Below, piece by piece: positions 52,662-62,366 of a stretch of 64,000 nt of DNA (its first letter is position 1; each line of letters opens with the position of its first letter). The stretch is taken from positions 2,173,331 to 2,237,330 of the forward strand of contig OZ242281.1 in NCBI GenBank assembly GCA_965207365.1, given 5' to 3'. Origin of the DNA: Dehalococcoidia bacterium. Its GTDB lineage: Bacteria > Chloroflexota > Dehalococcoidia > Bin125. Position numbers and translations under genes: made by a program. The notes below the pieces were generated by a model. It was not told where the DNA came from. It ran no database searches and saw only the letters and a program-made list of their open reading frames with translations.

Positions 52662-53702
52662 TCACGCGTTCGGCGTGATGTGGACCTTGATTGACTTCGA
52701 CGACTTGTCGAGCGCAGTATCGAAGGCTTTGTTGACGTCGTCGAGACCGTAGCGGTGTGTTATCAGCGACCGCGCTTCCTCTGTGCATCCGGTGAGTACT
52801 TCCAGCGCCTGTTGATAGTCGGGCGCTCGGCCGCCGATGGCTCCGTAGGTGACTGCGCCGACCATGGTGATCTCTTTGCCGAGCAGCGTGAGCGGGTTGA
52901 AGCCGGCGTTGTCAATGGCGAAGACTCCGAGCACGATCACGCGTCCCAGCCGACGGACAACGTCTACCGATTGACGGATAGTGTCGGCGTGGCCACCGAC
53001 GCACTCGGCGACGACGTCGATGGCGTCGTCTCTGGTCAATTCTTCCAGTCGCTGTTGTCCGGCCTCGTCCTCGCCGATCACCTCGGCAGCGCCGAGTTGG
53101 CGCGCTGATTCTTGCTGATGTGGGTGTCGGGCGAGGACGATCACGTTGGCTCCGGCGGCCTGGGCGGCGAGCTGGGCAGTAAGTCCAATGGTTCCTGCGC
53201 CGATGACCAGCACGGTCTCGCCCTGTCCGAGCGTGGCCATGTTGTAACCGTGGACTCCGCAGGCCAGCGGTTCGGCCATAGCCGCGACTTCGCCGTCGAT
53301 ACCTTGAGGCGCTTTGAAGACCGCCGGCGCCGGCGCGAAGACGTCCTGGGCTATGCCGCCGTCGACCGCGATGCCGATGAGTCCGCCGGCGACCTGGCAC
53401 TGGTTGTAGTGACCGGAAATGCAGTGTCCGCACTCGCCGCAGCGCAGCAACGGCTCGACGCCGACAACATCGCCTTCCTTGACGTGATCGACGCCTGCAC
53501 CGACAGCCGAGACGATGCCACCGATTTCGTGACCTGGCGTTCGCAGTGAGGTTGGCTCGAAGTCGCCTCGGTACCAGTGCAAGTCGGAGCCGCAGATACC
53601 TGCATTGACGACCTGGACGCGGACTTCGCCCTCGCCGGGCGCTCGCTGGGGATCGTCGTGGACGCTCAGAGATCGGTCGGCATTCCAGGCAGCGCGTCGC
53701 AT
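52662..53702 (-). CDS. zinc-dependent MDR dehydrogenase (threonine/sorbitol dehydrogenase-like)
   Basis: GICGSDLHWYRG, GHEIGGIV, the CGECGHC structural-Zn loop, and VLVIGAGTIG. ATG 53702 is preceded by GGAG; the track ORF is 21 codons longer. Confidence 0.85.
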   Translation of the reverse strand: MRRAAWNADRSLSVHDDPQRAPGEGEVRVQVVNAGICGSDLHWYRGDFEPTSLRTPGHEIGGIVSAVGAGVDHVKEGDVVGVEPLLRCGECGHCISGHYNQCQVAGGLIGIAVDGGIAQDVFAPAPAVFKAPQGIDGEVAAMAEPLACGVHGYNMATLGQGETVLVIGAGTIGLTAQLAAQAAGANVIVLARHPHQQESARQLGAAEVIGEDEAGQQRLEELTRDDAIDVVAECVGGHADTIRQSVDVVRRLGRVIVLGVFAIDNAGFNPLTLLGKEITMVGAVTYGAIGGRAPDYQQALEVLTGCTEEARSLITHRYGLDDVNKAFDTALDKSSKSIKVHITPNA

Positions 53703-53855
53703 TGTGGGCTCCATTCGGCTGCGTTCCAGGATCGGCAAGTGCGTCGCAAGGCTAACAGTCGGCAAGGTGGTCCGAAGGGGGTGGTGCGAAGGCGTGGTCC
53801 GAAGGCGTGGTGCGAATGACTCTTGCCGATAGAGACTGATGAATAACCTCTCAAC

Positions 53856-53997
53856 CGCCCCCGCCCCCGAGCGGGGGCCCGCTCCTTCCCCGGCCCCGGC
53901 GCGGGGGCCATTCTTACGCCTCGTATCTGGTCATCCGTAGCCAGTCGGTGCTGCCGTGGACCAGCCAGAGCGGGTCCCCGCTCGGGGGCGGGGACGG
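53856..53997. repeat. variant palindromic element related to the MITE family
   Basis: Inverted arms of ~30 nt: ccgcccccgcccccgagcgggggcccgctc / gagcgggtccccgctcgggggcggggacgg. The centre, tatctggtcatc, is shared with the MITE core. Confidence 0.6.
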
Positions 53998-54037
53998 GAA
54001 TCTCAGTTGTGCATCAGTCTCCGATAGGCTGACTCCC

Positions 54038-56047
54038 ATGCGCCCAATTGTGATGCTCCTACTGGGATTGCTCTTCGCGGCATTGGTCGTCATGGGCTGC
54101 AGCGGGGACGAGGCCGGGGAACCATCTCTGGAGGAACAGGTCCAAACGGTTTCGGCTGAGCAGCAAGCAGACGCAGCAGAGCAAGAAACGCAATCGCCGG
54201 CGCCTGAGCAGCCGACGGGACAAGATCAAACTGAACAGGTCGCAGACACCTCTGATCGAGGGCAGCAGCAACATGCCGATCAAGCCGATCAAGCCGATCA
54301 GGTTGGTCAGGCTGATCAGGCCGAGCCGGCACAATCCGAGCAGCGAGACCAGCAGCAGGCAGAGCCTGGGGAAGCAAGCAAGCTTGTAATCGGTGGGGAC
54401 AGACCGGCGACGTTGCTGTTGCCCAAAGACGCTGATCGGGCGGACCCGCGACCGCTCATCGTCCTGCTCCACGGCTACGGAAGTAATGCAGCAGAGGCCG
54501 ATGGCTACTTCCGATTCTCAAGTGAGGTTGACAAGCGTGGATTTGGGTTGCTCCTGCCCTACGGCACCCAGGATCGCAACACCGCTCGCTTCTGGAACGG
54601 CACACCTGAGTGCTGCGACATCTACGGCGCTGAGACCGACGATGTTGGATACATCAAGTCCCTGATCGATGAGGCGCGAGCCATCGCTGTATTCGATCAG
54701 GTCTTCGCCGTCGGACACTCCAACGGCGGGTTCATGTCATATCGCCTGGCCTGCGAGGATGTTGCGGGCCTGACAGCCATCGTCAGTCTGGCCGGTGGCG
54801 CACACTCTGACGGGGCGGAATGTCGGGTACCGACGCCGCTCTCGGTGCTGCAGATTCACGGCACCGAGGACGCACTGGTCCTCTATGAAGGCGGACGGTT
54901 GCCAACGCATCCCAATCCTCATCGCATACCCGTGCCAAGCGCCAAAGGTTCGGTGCTGCGATGGGCAGAACGCGCCGGCTGCGACATCGAAGCCGCCGAG
55001 CAGCGATCGCCAATCGACACCGACTCGGCAGTTGAGGGCGACGAAACCGCGGTCTGGCGCTGGTCCAGCGAATGCGCGGATGGTGTGGTCACGGAGCTCT
55101 GGACGATTGAGGGCGGTGGCCACGTGCCGCTTGTCTGGGGTACGGATTTCACCCAGGGAATCCTAAAATGGCTCACCGAGCGTTATGAGGGTTTGGGTGC
55201 GACTGACGAGTCGCTATCAGAGATTGAGCAACGGAGCATCGGCGGAGAACGCATGGCATCGCTCATATTCCCCGCCGACCGTGCTGCAGAACCGATTCCG
55301 CTCGTCGTCTCGCTGCATGGATATGGCAGTGATGCGCAGGCGCATGACTGGTTCTTCGGATTGTCGGATCGGATCCTGCAGTATCACTTTGCGTTGATTA
55401 CACCTCAGGGCACGGTCGATCAGGCGGGCAACCAGTTCTGGAATGGGGCTGACGGCTGCTGCGACCTCTATGGCAGTGGAGTTGATGACTACGCCTGGAT
55501 CAGCAGCCTGGTCGCGGAGGCGCAGGAGACAGTCGAAATCTCAGGCGTGTACGTCGTCGGATACTCCAATGGCGGATTCATGGCCTATCGGCTCGCGTGC
55601 GACGGCCTGGATGGCTTGGTCGCGATCGCCAGCCTGGCCGGCTCGTCTTATGGCGATCCGGAGCGCTGCGCCGACGCCGCACCCGTCTCGGTACTGCAAA
55701 TCCATGGCACTGAAGACTTCAATGTTCCCTTTGCAGGAACGATGGAAGAGGATGGCGGCTATCCAGGCGCGTTCGAACTCGTGACCCGGTGGGCTGAACG
55801 AGCCGGATGCGACGTGGGCTCCGGCTACACACCCGACCACGCACCCGGCTACGCACTGCCCGATATCGATCTTGAGGTGACCATTCCTGGCGCCGAGACA
55901 TCGGTACAACGCATCCGAGACGGATGCGCCGACGGAATCGCGATTGAACTGTGGACGATTGATGGCGCCGAGCACTTCCCGCAATTCAAGGACTCTTGGC
56001 CTGACCACCTGCTCGACTGGCTGTTCAAAGAATCGCGGACGAGTTAA
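54038..56047 (+). CDS. lipoprotein with two tandem PHB-depolymerase/LpqC-like esterase domains
   Basis: Signal plus lipobox MRPIVMLLLGLLFAALVVMGC, then a Gln/Asp-rich tether. Two copies of the pattern LHGYGS...FWNG...CCD(I/L)YG...VGxSNGGFM.YRLAC...LQIHGTED. Confidence 0.8.
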   Translation: MRPIVMLLLGLLFAALVVMGCSGDEAGEPSLEEQVQTVSAEQQADAAEQETQSPAPEQPTGQDQTEQVADTSDRGQQQHADQADQADQVGQADQAEPAQSEQRDQQQAEPGEASKLVIGGDRPATLLLPKDADRADPRPLIVLLHGYGSNAAEADGYFRFSSEVDKRGFGLLLPYGTQDRNTARFWNGTPECCDIYGAETDDVGYIKSLIDEARAIAVFDQVFAVGHSNGGFMSYRLACEDVAGLTAIVSLAGGAHSDGAECRVPTPLSVLQIHGTEDALVLYEGGRLPTHPNPHRIPVPSAKGSVLRWAERAGCDIEAAEQRSPIDTDSAVEGDETAVWRWSSECADGVVTELWTIEGGGHVPLVWGTDFTQGILKWLTERYEGLGATDESLSEIEQRSIGGERMASLIFPADRAAEPIPLVVSLHGYGSDAQAHDWFFGLSDRILQYHFALITPQGTVDQAGNQFWNGADGCCDLYGSGVDDYAWISSLVAEAQETVEISGVYVVGYSNGGFMAYRLACDGLDGLVAIASLAGSSYGDPERCADAAPVSVLQIHGTEDFNVPFAGTMEEDGGYPGAFELVTRWAERAGCDVGSGYTPDHAPGYALPDIDLEVTIPGAETSVQRIRDGCADGIAIELWTIDGAEHFPQFKDSWPDHLLDWLFKESRTS

Positions 56048-56053
56048 CCGCCG

Positions 56054-56977
56054 ATGCTGCGCAAGCTGGGCATTCTCGGACTCGGTGTTCCGCTGATCGC
56101 AATTGTCGTCGCGCTGATCTACCTGTTCTTCTTCGGCGAGACCGAGCCGACGTTCGAGGATGCGACTCAACAGTTAGCGTCCGATCACACGGTCTACGGA
56201 CTCGATCTCGAAGGCCGTCGCGCCGCCGTCGTCGCACCCTTCGCTGCTGACCCTTCGCAAGAGCTTCCGATGATCATTGCCCTGCACGGTTATGGGTCGA
56301 ATGTCTGGGAGTTCTCGCAGTACCTGGGCCTGATCGAGCGAATCAATCTTGATCGTTTCCTGTTGTTGATGCCCAACGGCACGCGAGACAACGATGGCAA
56401 TCGCTTCTGGAACGCCACTGACTACTGTTGCGATTTCGAGGATTTGGAAGTAGACGACGTGCAGTACTTGCGCTCCCTGATCGACGAGGCGTCAGAGCTC
56501 GTGCGGGTCGGTTCAATCTTCGCGGTTGGGCATTCCAACGGAGGCTTCATGTCGTTTCGACTCGCTTGCGAACGCTTGCCGGGGCTGGCAGGTATCGTCT
56601 CGCTCGCCGGAACCACGTTCTCCGATGAGTCGCGTTGCGCCGACGCCGCGCCCGTCTCAATGCTGCAAATCCACGGTAACGCGGACGATGTCATCCTCTA
56701 CAACGGCGACGAATACCCCGGAGCTCCCGAAACCGTCATGCGTTGGGCGAGGCGACTGGGATGTGACTTCAACAACGCCGAAACGTTGGATGACATCGAC
56801 GTTGACGTCGCGATTCAGGGCGTTGACACAAGAATCGTTCGCTATCGTCAGGGTTGCGCTGAGGGCGTAACCATTGAGCATTGGCGCATTGTTGGTGGCG
56901 AACACACGCCCCAATTCGACTCCGAACTGATTGGCGAACGAATAGTCGGCTGGTTGCTGGAAGAGGCAGGTCGCTGA
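56054..56977 (+). CDS. PHB-depolymerase/LpqC-like esterase, membrane-anchored (third domain copy)
   Basis: N-terminal TM, then ALHGYGSN, RFWNATDYCCDFE, VGHSNGGFMSFRLACE and LQIHGNAD. Confidence 0.8.
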   Translation: MLRKLGILGLGVPLIAIVVALIYLFFFGETEPTFEDATQQLASDHTVYGLDLEGRRAAVVAPFAADPSQELPMIIALHGYGSNVWEFSQYLGLIERINLDRFLLLMPNGTRDNDGNRFWNATDYCCDFEDLEVDDVQYLRSLIDEASELVRVGSIFAVGHSNGGFMSFRLACERLPGLAGIVSLAGTTFSDESRCADAAPVSMLQIHGNADDVILYNGDEYPGAPETVMRWARRLGCDFNNAETLDDIDVDVAIQGVDTRIVRYRQGCAEGVTIEHWRIVGGEHTPQFDSELIGERIVGWLLEEAGR

Positions 56978-57441
56978 TGAGCGATGTGGAAGCAGCACTT
57001 GCGGCTCTTTCGGTCGAGTACGACGACTATGTGGCAGTCGCAGTCTCCGACCAACTCGCTCCGGAATTGGCTTCGAGACTCTTCTGGTTGATCAATGATC
57101 GATTGGATCAGGTCGGCGTTCCGCTGACTCAGCGGACATGGATTGTTGCAACCAGCGGCGATGACCCAGCAGCCGCGGGAATCGCTGCCGTCGTTTCCGA
57201 TGTCAGCGGCGCCGCGCGATTGATCGTCCACGATCCGCAAGAGCCGGACGATTTGATCTTTCAGCGGCGTATCCCTGGTCAGCGACGCGGCGGGATCTAC
57301 CTAAACGCTGCGTGGCAGTCGGCCAGCGTTCGAATCGGGTGTGGAGACGCAGATGACCTCGTGGTTGGCCTCGCCGCATGGTTCAACGCGCCTGGACAGG
57401 TCCAGCCCCAGGACCTACAGGCCAATCTGACTGTTGGTTGA
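56977..57441 (+). CDS. hypothetical protein (154 aa)
   Basis: ATG 56977 shares 1 nt with the esterase stop (TGATG). No family recognised. Confidence 0.45.
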   Translation: MSDVEAALAALSVEYDDYVAVAVSDQLAPELASRLFWLINDRLDQVGVPLTQRTWIVATSGDDPAAAGIAAVVSDVSGAARLIVHDPQEPDDLIFQRRIPGQRRGGIYLNAAWQSASVRIGCGDADDLVVGLAAWFNAPGQVQPQDLQANLTVG

Positions 57442-57464
57442 GCGGCGTGGCTGGGGCAAAGACT

Positions 57465-57902
57465 TCAATCGACGTAGCGGCGAAGCAACGGGGTGAATCC
57501 GGCACGAGTGAACTCCTGGTCGGCAGTAAGGATCGAGGTGATGCCGTACTCGCGCATAATCAGAATCGAAACGCAGTCCTGAAGGGAGAGTGAGGAGCTG
57601 GCGAATTCGCCTCTGTAGATGTCGAGGGCGTTCTCCATCAGAGGCTGCTGATGGGGCACGAAGCGGTAGAAGGGGTCGCGCTTCATGGCTTGAACGTGAT
57701 CGACAAGGTTGATTCGGAACTCCCGAGGCGCCCGCGAGAAGTGGGCAAGCGTCTCAAGAATGATGCCGTCGCTTAACACCATGGTGATATGGCTGGGGAC
57801 TTGGCGTTCGGCGGCGATGGCGGCCTTCCGCCAATCGTCGTTTGGTGAGAGGAGCGCGATCAGGTACACGCTATCCACGAAGATCGGACCGAGGTCCGGC
57901 AT
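57465..57902 (-). CDS. vapC: PIN-domain toxin (VapC-like)
   Basis: IFVDSVYLIALLSPNDDW near the start and ILTADQEF near the end. Its start shares 1 nt with the upstream antitoxin stop. Confidence 0.7.
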   Translation of the reverse strand: MPDLGPIFVDSVYLIALLSPNDDWRKAAIAAERQVPSHITMVLSDGIILETLAHFSRAPREFRINLVDHVQAMKRDPFYRFVPHQQPLMENALDIYRGEFASSSLSLQDCVSILIMREYGITSILTADQEFTRAGFTPLLRRYVD

Positions 57903-58117
57903 TAGTCCTCTCGAGCTACTTGGTACCGGTCGAGCTCGGCAACCATCTCGTCTCGCACATCGTCTGGCACGTCAGGGGGCGTGGTGCCGAATAAGTCGAC
58001 CAGGGATTGGCGCTTCATGCGACCGTCGCCTTCGATCGGCGCGATGGGTACGTACCAGTCAGGACGTTCTCGCGTAGCCCCTTGGTCGGCGCCGTTGCGG
58101 CTGGGATTGTGGGTCAT
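57902..58117 (-). CDS. putative antitoxin of the PIN toxin
   Basis: 71 aa, with GAGGAG 7 nt upstream of ATG 58117. Small and acidic at the C-terminus, and coupled to the PIN gene. Confidence 0.5.
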   Translation of the reverse strand: MTHNPSRNGADQGATRERPDWYVPIAPIEGDGRMKRQSLVDLFGTTPPDVPDDVRDEMVAELDRYQVARED

Positions 58118-58150
58118 TGGTGTCTCCTCGACCAATGGTACCCGTCTGAC

Positions 58151-59332
58151 TTACCCGCGCGGCAGGCCCAGACCGCGTGTCGCGATGATGTTTCGCTGGA
58201 TCTCGGAGGTTCCGCCCTCGATCGTGTTCGCGATGCTGCGGATGAAGGCGTATGCGTGTCGGCCTCTTCGCGGTGCGTCCTTGCCCTGGAGCTGACCGTG
58301 CAGACCCAGCACCTTGACGGCGGTGCTCTGGATGCGCTGGTTCAGTTCCATCGCGAACAACTTCGCCATCGATGCCTCGTGGTTCGGAATCAGACCCTGG
58401 TTCTGCATCGAGACGATTCGATACGAGATCATCCGCGCCGTCTGCGTTTCGATGTAGCGGTCGGTCAGGGCGAGCTGCGTCTCGCGCTTGTCAACGGTTG
58501 AGACGCCGCCTCGGTTGTCCTTGGCGTAGCGGATGATGTCCTCGACCGACTGTTGCATGCCGACGGCCGAGCCGATGCTCGAACGCTCGAAGTCGAGCGT
58601 GGTCACTGCGCCGTACCAACCGCGGTTGACCTCGCCCAGAACGTTGCGCTGCGGGATGCGGACATCCTCGAAGAAAACTTCATTGAACTCGTGTGTCCCA
58701 GCCATGTTGACCAGCGGTCGCGTTGAGACGCCCGCTGAATGCATGTCGAGGACGAAGTAGGTGATGCCTCGGTGCTTGGGCGCATCGGGATCGGTACGGG
58801 CGAGCAGGATCATCCAGTCCGACTTGTGTGCACCCGAGGTCCAGATTTTCTGTCCGTTGACGACGAAGTCGTCGCCGTCCTTGACGGCTCGAGTCTGCAG
58901 GGAGGCGAGGTCGGAGCCCGATCCCGGCTCTGAATAACCCTGGCACCAGATCGAGTCTCCATTGAGGATCGGCGGCAGGTGCTCTTCCTGCTGCTCGTCG
59001 GTACCGATCGTGATGATCGTCGGTCCAGCCATGCCAATGGCAATGCCGCCGGGACGCGGCGCCCGAGCTTCGGCCATTTCCTCGTTGAAGATGAATTGCT
59101 GCATGACCGAGAGGCCGGCGCCGCCGTACTGCTTCGGCCAGGCAGGAGCGATCCAGCCTCGTCCGGCGAGTTGCTTTTCCCACTCGCGCTGGGCCGGCGG
59201 GCGGTCAAACATCTGCGCCGCGCGAGCTTCCTCGCGCATCTTCTGGCGTCGCGGCTGGAATTCGTCGCTGATGAATGAGCGCACCTCGGTGCGAAATTCG
59301 GCTTCTTCGGTGTTGTCGTGGAAATCAACCAT
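58151..59332 (-). CDS. acyl-CoA dehydrogenase (paralog of 41335..42543)
   Basis: GYSEPGSGSDLASLQTRA and IEGGTSEIQRNIIATRGLGLPRG. Confidence 0.88.
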   Translation of the reverse strand: MVDFHDNTEEAEFRTEVRSFISDEFQPRRQKMREEARAAQMFDRPPAQREWEKQLAGRGWIAPAWPKQYGGAGLSVMQQFIFNEEMAEARAPRPGGIAIGMAGPTIITIGTDEQQEEHLPPILNGDSIWCQGYSEPGSGSDLASLQTRAVKDGDDFVVNGQKIWTSGAHKSDWMILLARTDPDAPKHRGITYFVLDMHSAGVSTRPLVNMAGTHEFNEVFFEDVRIPQRNVLGEVNRGWYGAVTTLDFERSSIGSAVGMQQSVEDIIRYAKDNRGGVSTVDKRETQLALTDRYIETQTARMISYRIVSMQNQGLIPNHEASMAKLFAMELNQRIQSTAVKVLGLHGQLQGKDAPRRGRHAYAFIRSIANTIEGGTSEIQRNIIATRGLGLPRG

Positions 59333-59404
59333 CGTTCGTCTCCATCTCGGGGCAGTTCACCGCAGCGTATCTCACTGGACGGGTCGAGCGGCTAGAATTG
59401 GTCA

Positions 59405-60142
59405 ATGGTTCGCAAACGCATGCTTGAGGAAGACGCCCGACGCATACTCGGCGGCTCGCCGGTCGCGCTGGTGAGCACGAATTGGCGCGGAGTCGGCAAT
59501 GCAGCGCCGATCGCCTATGTGATGCCGGTGTCGGTCAATCCGCCTCTGGTCGCGATCGCGGTGCATCCGTCTCGCCGAACTCACGACATGATCAAATTTG
59601 GGGAAGAGTTCGCCATCAACATTCCCTCCAAGGTGCTACTCAATCACACGCAGTGGCTGGGCATGGTTTCGAACACGATTGGCGACAAGATCGAGGCCTC
59701 TGGCGTGCCCACGTTCAAGGGCAAGGAGATCGATTCGCCGCTATTGGAAGGCTGCCTCGGCTGGATCGAATGTACGTTGCACGATTTCTACACCATGGGC
59801 GATCATACGTTGTTCATTGGCAAGGTGGTATCCGCCCAGGCTGACACCGATGGGTTCGACTTCAATACCGGCATGTGGTCGCTCGACGATGATGAGTACA
59901 AACCGCTGATGTACCTCGGAGGCCGCAGTTACAGCACGCTCGACGATGGGTTTGATTCCACCGTTGAGCAACGTCCAGTTGAGCAGATGATCGAGGAAGG
60001 TATCGGTCGTGAACTGGAAGAAGCTGAGGCTGAACGACGTATCAAGCGCGAGGAAGAAGCAGAGCGGCGGGAAGAAGCAGAACGGCGTGGAGAATCGGAG
60101 CCTGACTCCTCCAGCTTGCCTCGTGAGCTTCCGGATGCCTAG
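59405..60142 (+). CDS. flavin reductase-like domain protein with Glu/Arg-rich tail
   Basis: PVALVSTNWRGVGNAAPIAYVMPVSVNPPLVAIAV, plus GDHTLFIGKV. The tail is ELEEAEAERRIKREEEAERREEAERRGE. Confidence 0.75.
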   Translation: MVRKRMLEEDARRILGGSPVALVSTNWRGVGNAAPIAYVMPVSVNPPLVAIAVHPSRRTHDMIKFGEEFAINIPSKVLLNHTQWLGMVSNTIGDKIEASGVPTFKGKEIDSPLLEGCLGWIECTLHDFYTMGDHTLFIGKVVSAQADTDGFDFNTGMWSLDDDEYKPLMYLGGRSYSTLDDGFDSTVEQRPVEQMIEEGIGRELEEAEAERRIKREEEAERREEAERRGESEPDSSSLPRELPDA

Positions 60143-62354
60143 TACAGGCATCAGCAGAGGGACTGCCAGCGTGCTAGCGCTGGGGTTGCTAGGGATTGCG
60201 CTGTTGGTAGCGCTCTTGACGTTGCCTGGATCGGTCAAGCCCGGCGTTGCTCAGACTGGCGATGACGACCTGAGCGCACGCATCGTCGCTCGAGTGGTCG
60301 AAGGCGAGCGCAGCGAGTTTGGCCTGCGTATTGGCGACCGAACTTACTTGCCTGATCTGCGATACCTCCCACGAAACATAACAATGGCGAGCTGGCGAAC
60401 GAGTTCCGAGATCGTCATCGCCGATGGCCGGACACTGTTTGTCCGTGCGCGGCAACTGGCGGACGGGCGGACGGAGCTTGGGATCCGCGTTGAAGGTGTT
60501 GATGAGGATGTGCTGCCCAGGCTGAGATTTATTCCGGCCGATATTGATCACGGGCGCTGGCTGAGAAGCACTGCGGTGACGATTCCGAATCCCCCGAGCC
60601 TGCTAACTGTCGCAGTCAAGTCGCCCCAACTCCTTGGGCTCGGTAGCAGCCATAGTTGCGCAGTGATTGCCGATGGGACCATCGAATGTTGGGGATCGCA
60701 TGAGTTTGGTCAGAACGATCCGCCGGAGGGCAAGTTCCTCACATTGACTGCGGATGCAGGTCACAATTGCGCACTGAACGTTGGCGGTGGCATCGTTTGC
60801 TGGGGCGACAACAGCCTGGGTCAGCTGGATGCGCCCGTGGGACGATATGTGGCGGTCAGTATGGGCTCACTTCATGGTTGCGCCTTGGACCACGGCGGTT
60901 CGATCGATTGCTGGGGACTGGACATCTACGGACAGGCCTCGCCGCCGGACGGGACGTATGTGTCTCTGAGCTCTGGTCCGTACCACAGCTGCGCACTTTC
61001 AACATCTGGCGACGTGGAGTGTTGGGGCGACAATCCGTTTGGTCAAACCGATGCTCCCGATGGACGATTCGTTGCCCTTGATGTGGGCGGCGCCCATAGT
61101 TGCGCCCAGGACAGCGAAGGCGCGATCCACTGCTGGGGCTATGGCGGCGACGGTCAGCTGGACATTCCGCCCGGAGAGTACACGAGCTTTGTGGCAGGGG
61201 ACTGGCATACGTGCGCGATCGATAACGATGCCGAGCTCGGTTGTTGGGGCTGGGACGGTCATGGCCAGAGCAGCCCGCCGCCAGGGAGCTACTCAGCAGT
61301 AGGCGCCGGCAATGCGCATACCTGTGGATTTACGAGTGATGGCGCCGTTCGCTGTTGGGGATCGAACGGCAGCGGACAGACGGAGTCGCCGGGTGGTAGG
61401 TACAGCACGCTTGTCGCGGGAGCGTTGCACACCTGTGCGCTGGACGAAGACGGCAGCGCCTCTTGCTGGGGATCGAATGGCGATGGTCAGTCGAACGCAC
61501 CTGCCGGTTCGTTTGTCTCGATCGGTCCCGGCCTCTCGCACACTTGCGCAGTTGACCAGGAGAATGAGCTGGTCTGTTGGGGCTGGGACGGATACGGACA
61601 GACGGACGCGCCGGCCAGCGAGCTGCCCGAGGACGCATCAAGATTGACTCCATTCAGAATCGGCGAGAGTGACTGCGATCGCGATGAGTTTGGCGCCTTT
61701 AGTCGTGACACCTGTTGGGGCACGGGAGCGGGGTCGGCACTGAGCCCGCCCACCGTGAGTCATTATCGGATGGTCGGCAGCGGAGCCTCATTCTCCTGCG
61801 CGCTGACCCTCGAAGGAACAATCGACTGTTGGGGTACCGGGCGCAGCGGACAGCTTGAACCGCCAACAGGTCAATGGCAGAGCCTCAGCGTCGGTTATGC
61901 CCACTCCTGCGCTCTCAACGAAGCTGGCGAGGTCTCTTGTTGGGGTGCGAACGCCTACGGACAGTCAGAAGCGCCCGAAGGTCCGTTCGTGGCCATCTCG
62001 GCGGGATTCGCACATGCTTGCGCGTTGAACGACGCGGGCGAAATCACTTGCTGGGGCGACGATGAATACGGCAAGCTCGAAATCGGTGAGGGCGCATACG
62101 TCTCCGTCTCTTGCGGTGGAGAACACACATGCGCGATGACCGCGTCCGGAGAGATCTCTTGTTGGGGTCGCGACGTCTGGGGTCAGGCGAGTCCGCCGGA
62201 GGGCGTCTTTACGGCTCTATCGGTGGGCGCGGAGCACAGTTGCGCGTTGAACGAGGACGGCGAAGTCGTTTGCTGGGGCATCAACAAGTACGGCAACACC
62301 GATGTCCCCGAGGCACTGCAGCAACCAGGCGCGGTTGCCGTGGGGAACGAATAG
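60135..62354 (+). CDS. membrane-anchored protein with ~14 RCC1-like (short, ~37-aa) beta-propeller repeats
   Basis: ATG 60135 overlaps the flavin-reductase stop. N-terminal TM LALGLLGIALLVALL. Contains 15 CWG motifs, each within H(S/T)CA...G.(I/V).CWG...GQ...P.G.(Y/F). Confidence 0.8.
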   Translation: MPSTGISRGTASVLALGLLGIALLVALLTLPGSVKPGVAQTGDDDLSARIVARVVEGERSEFGLRIGDRTYLPDLRYLPRNITMASWRTSSEIVIADGRTLFVRARQLADGRTELGIRVEGVDEDVLPRLRFIPADIDHGRWLRSTAVTIPNPPSLLTVAVKSPQLLGLGSSHSCAVIADGTIECWGSHEFGQNDPPEGKFLTLTADAGHNCALNVGGGIVCWGDNSLGQLDAPVGRYVAVSMGSLHGCALDHGGSIDCWGLDIYGQASPPDGTYVSLSSGPYHSCALSTSGDVECWGDNPFGQTDAPDGRFVALDVGGAHSCAQDSEGAIHCWGYGGDGQLDIPPGEYTSFVAGDWHTCAIDNDAELGCWGWDGHGQSSPPPGSYSAVGAGNAHTCGFTSDGAVRCWGSNGSGQTESPGGRYSTLVAGALHTCALDEDGSASCWGSNGDGQSNAPAGSFVSIGPGLSHTCAVDQENELVCWGWDGYGQTDAPASELPEDASRLTPFRIGESDCDRDEFGAFSRDTCWGTGAGSALSPPTVSHYRMVGSGASFSCALTLEGTIDCWGTGRSGQLEPPTGQWQSLSVGYAHSCALNEAGEVSCWGANAYGQSEAPEGPFVAISAGFAHACALNDAGEITCWGDDEYGKLEIGEGAYVSVSCGGEHTCAMTASGEISCWGRDVWGQASPPEGVFTALSVGAEHSCALNEDGEVVCWGINKYGNTDVPEALQQPGAVAVGNE

Positions 62355-62366
62355 CGGATTGTCACT

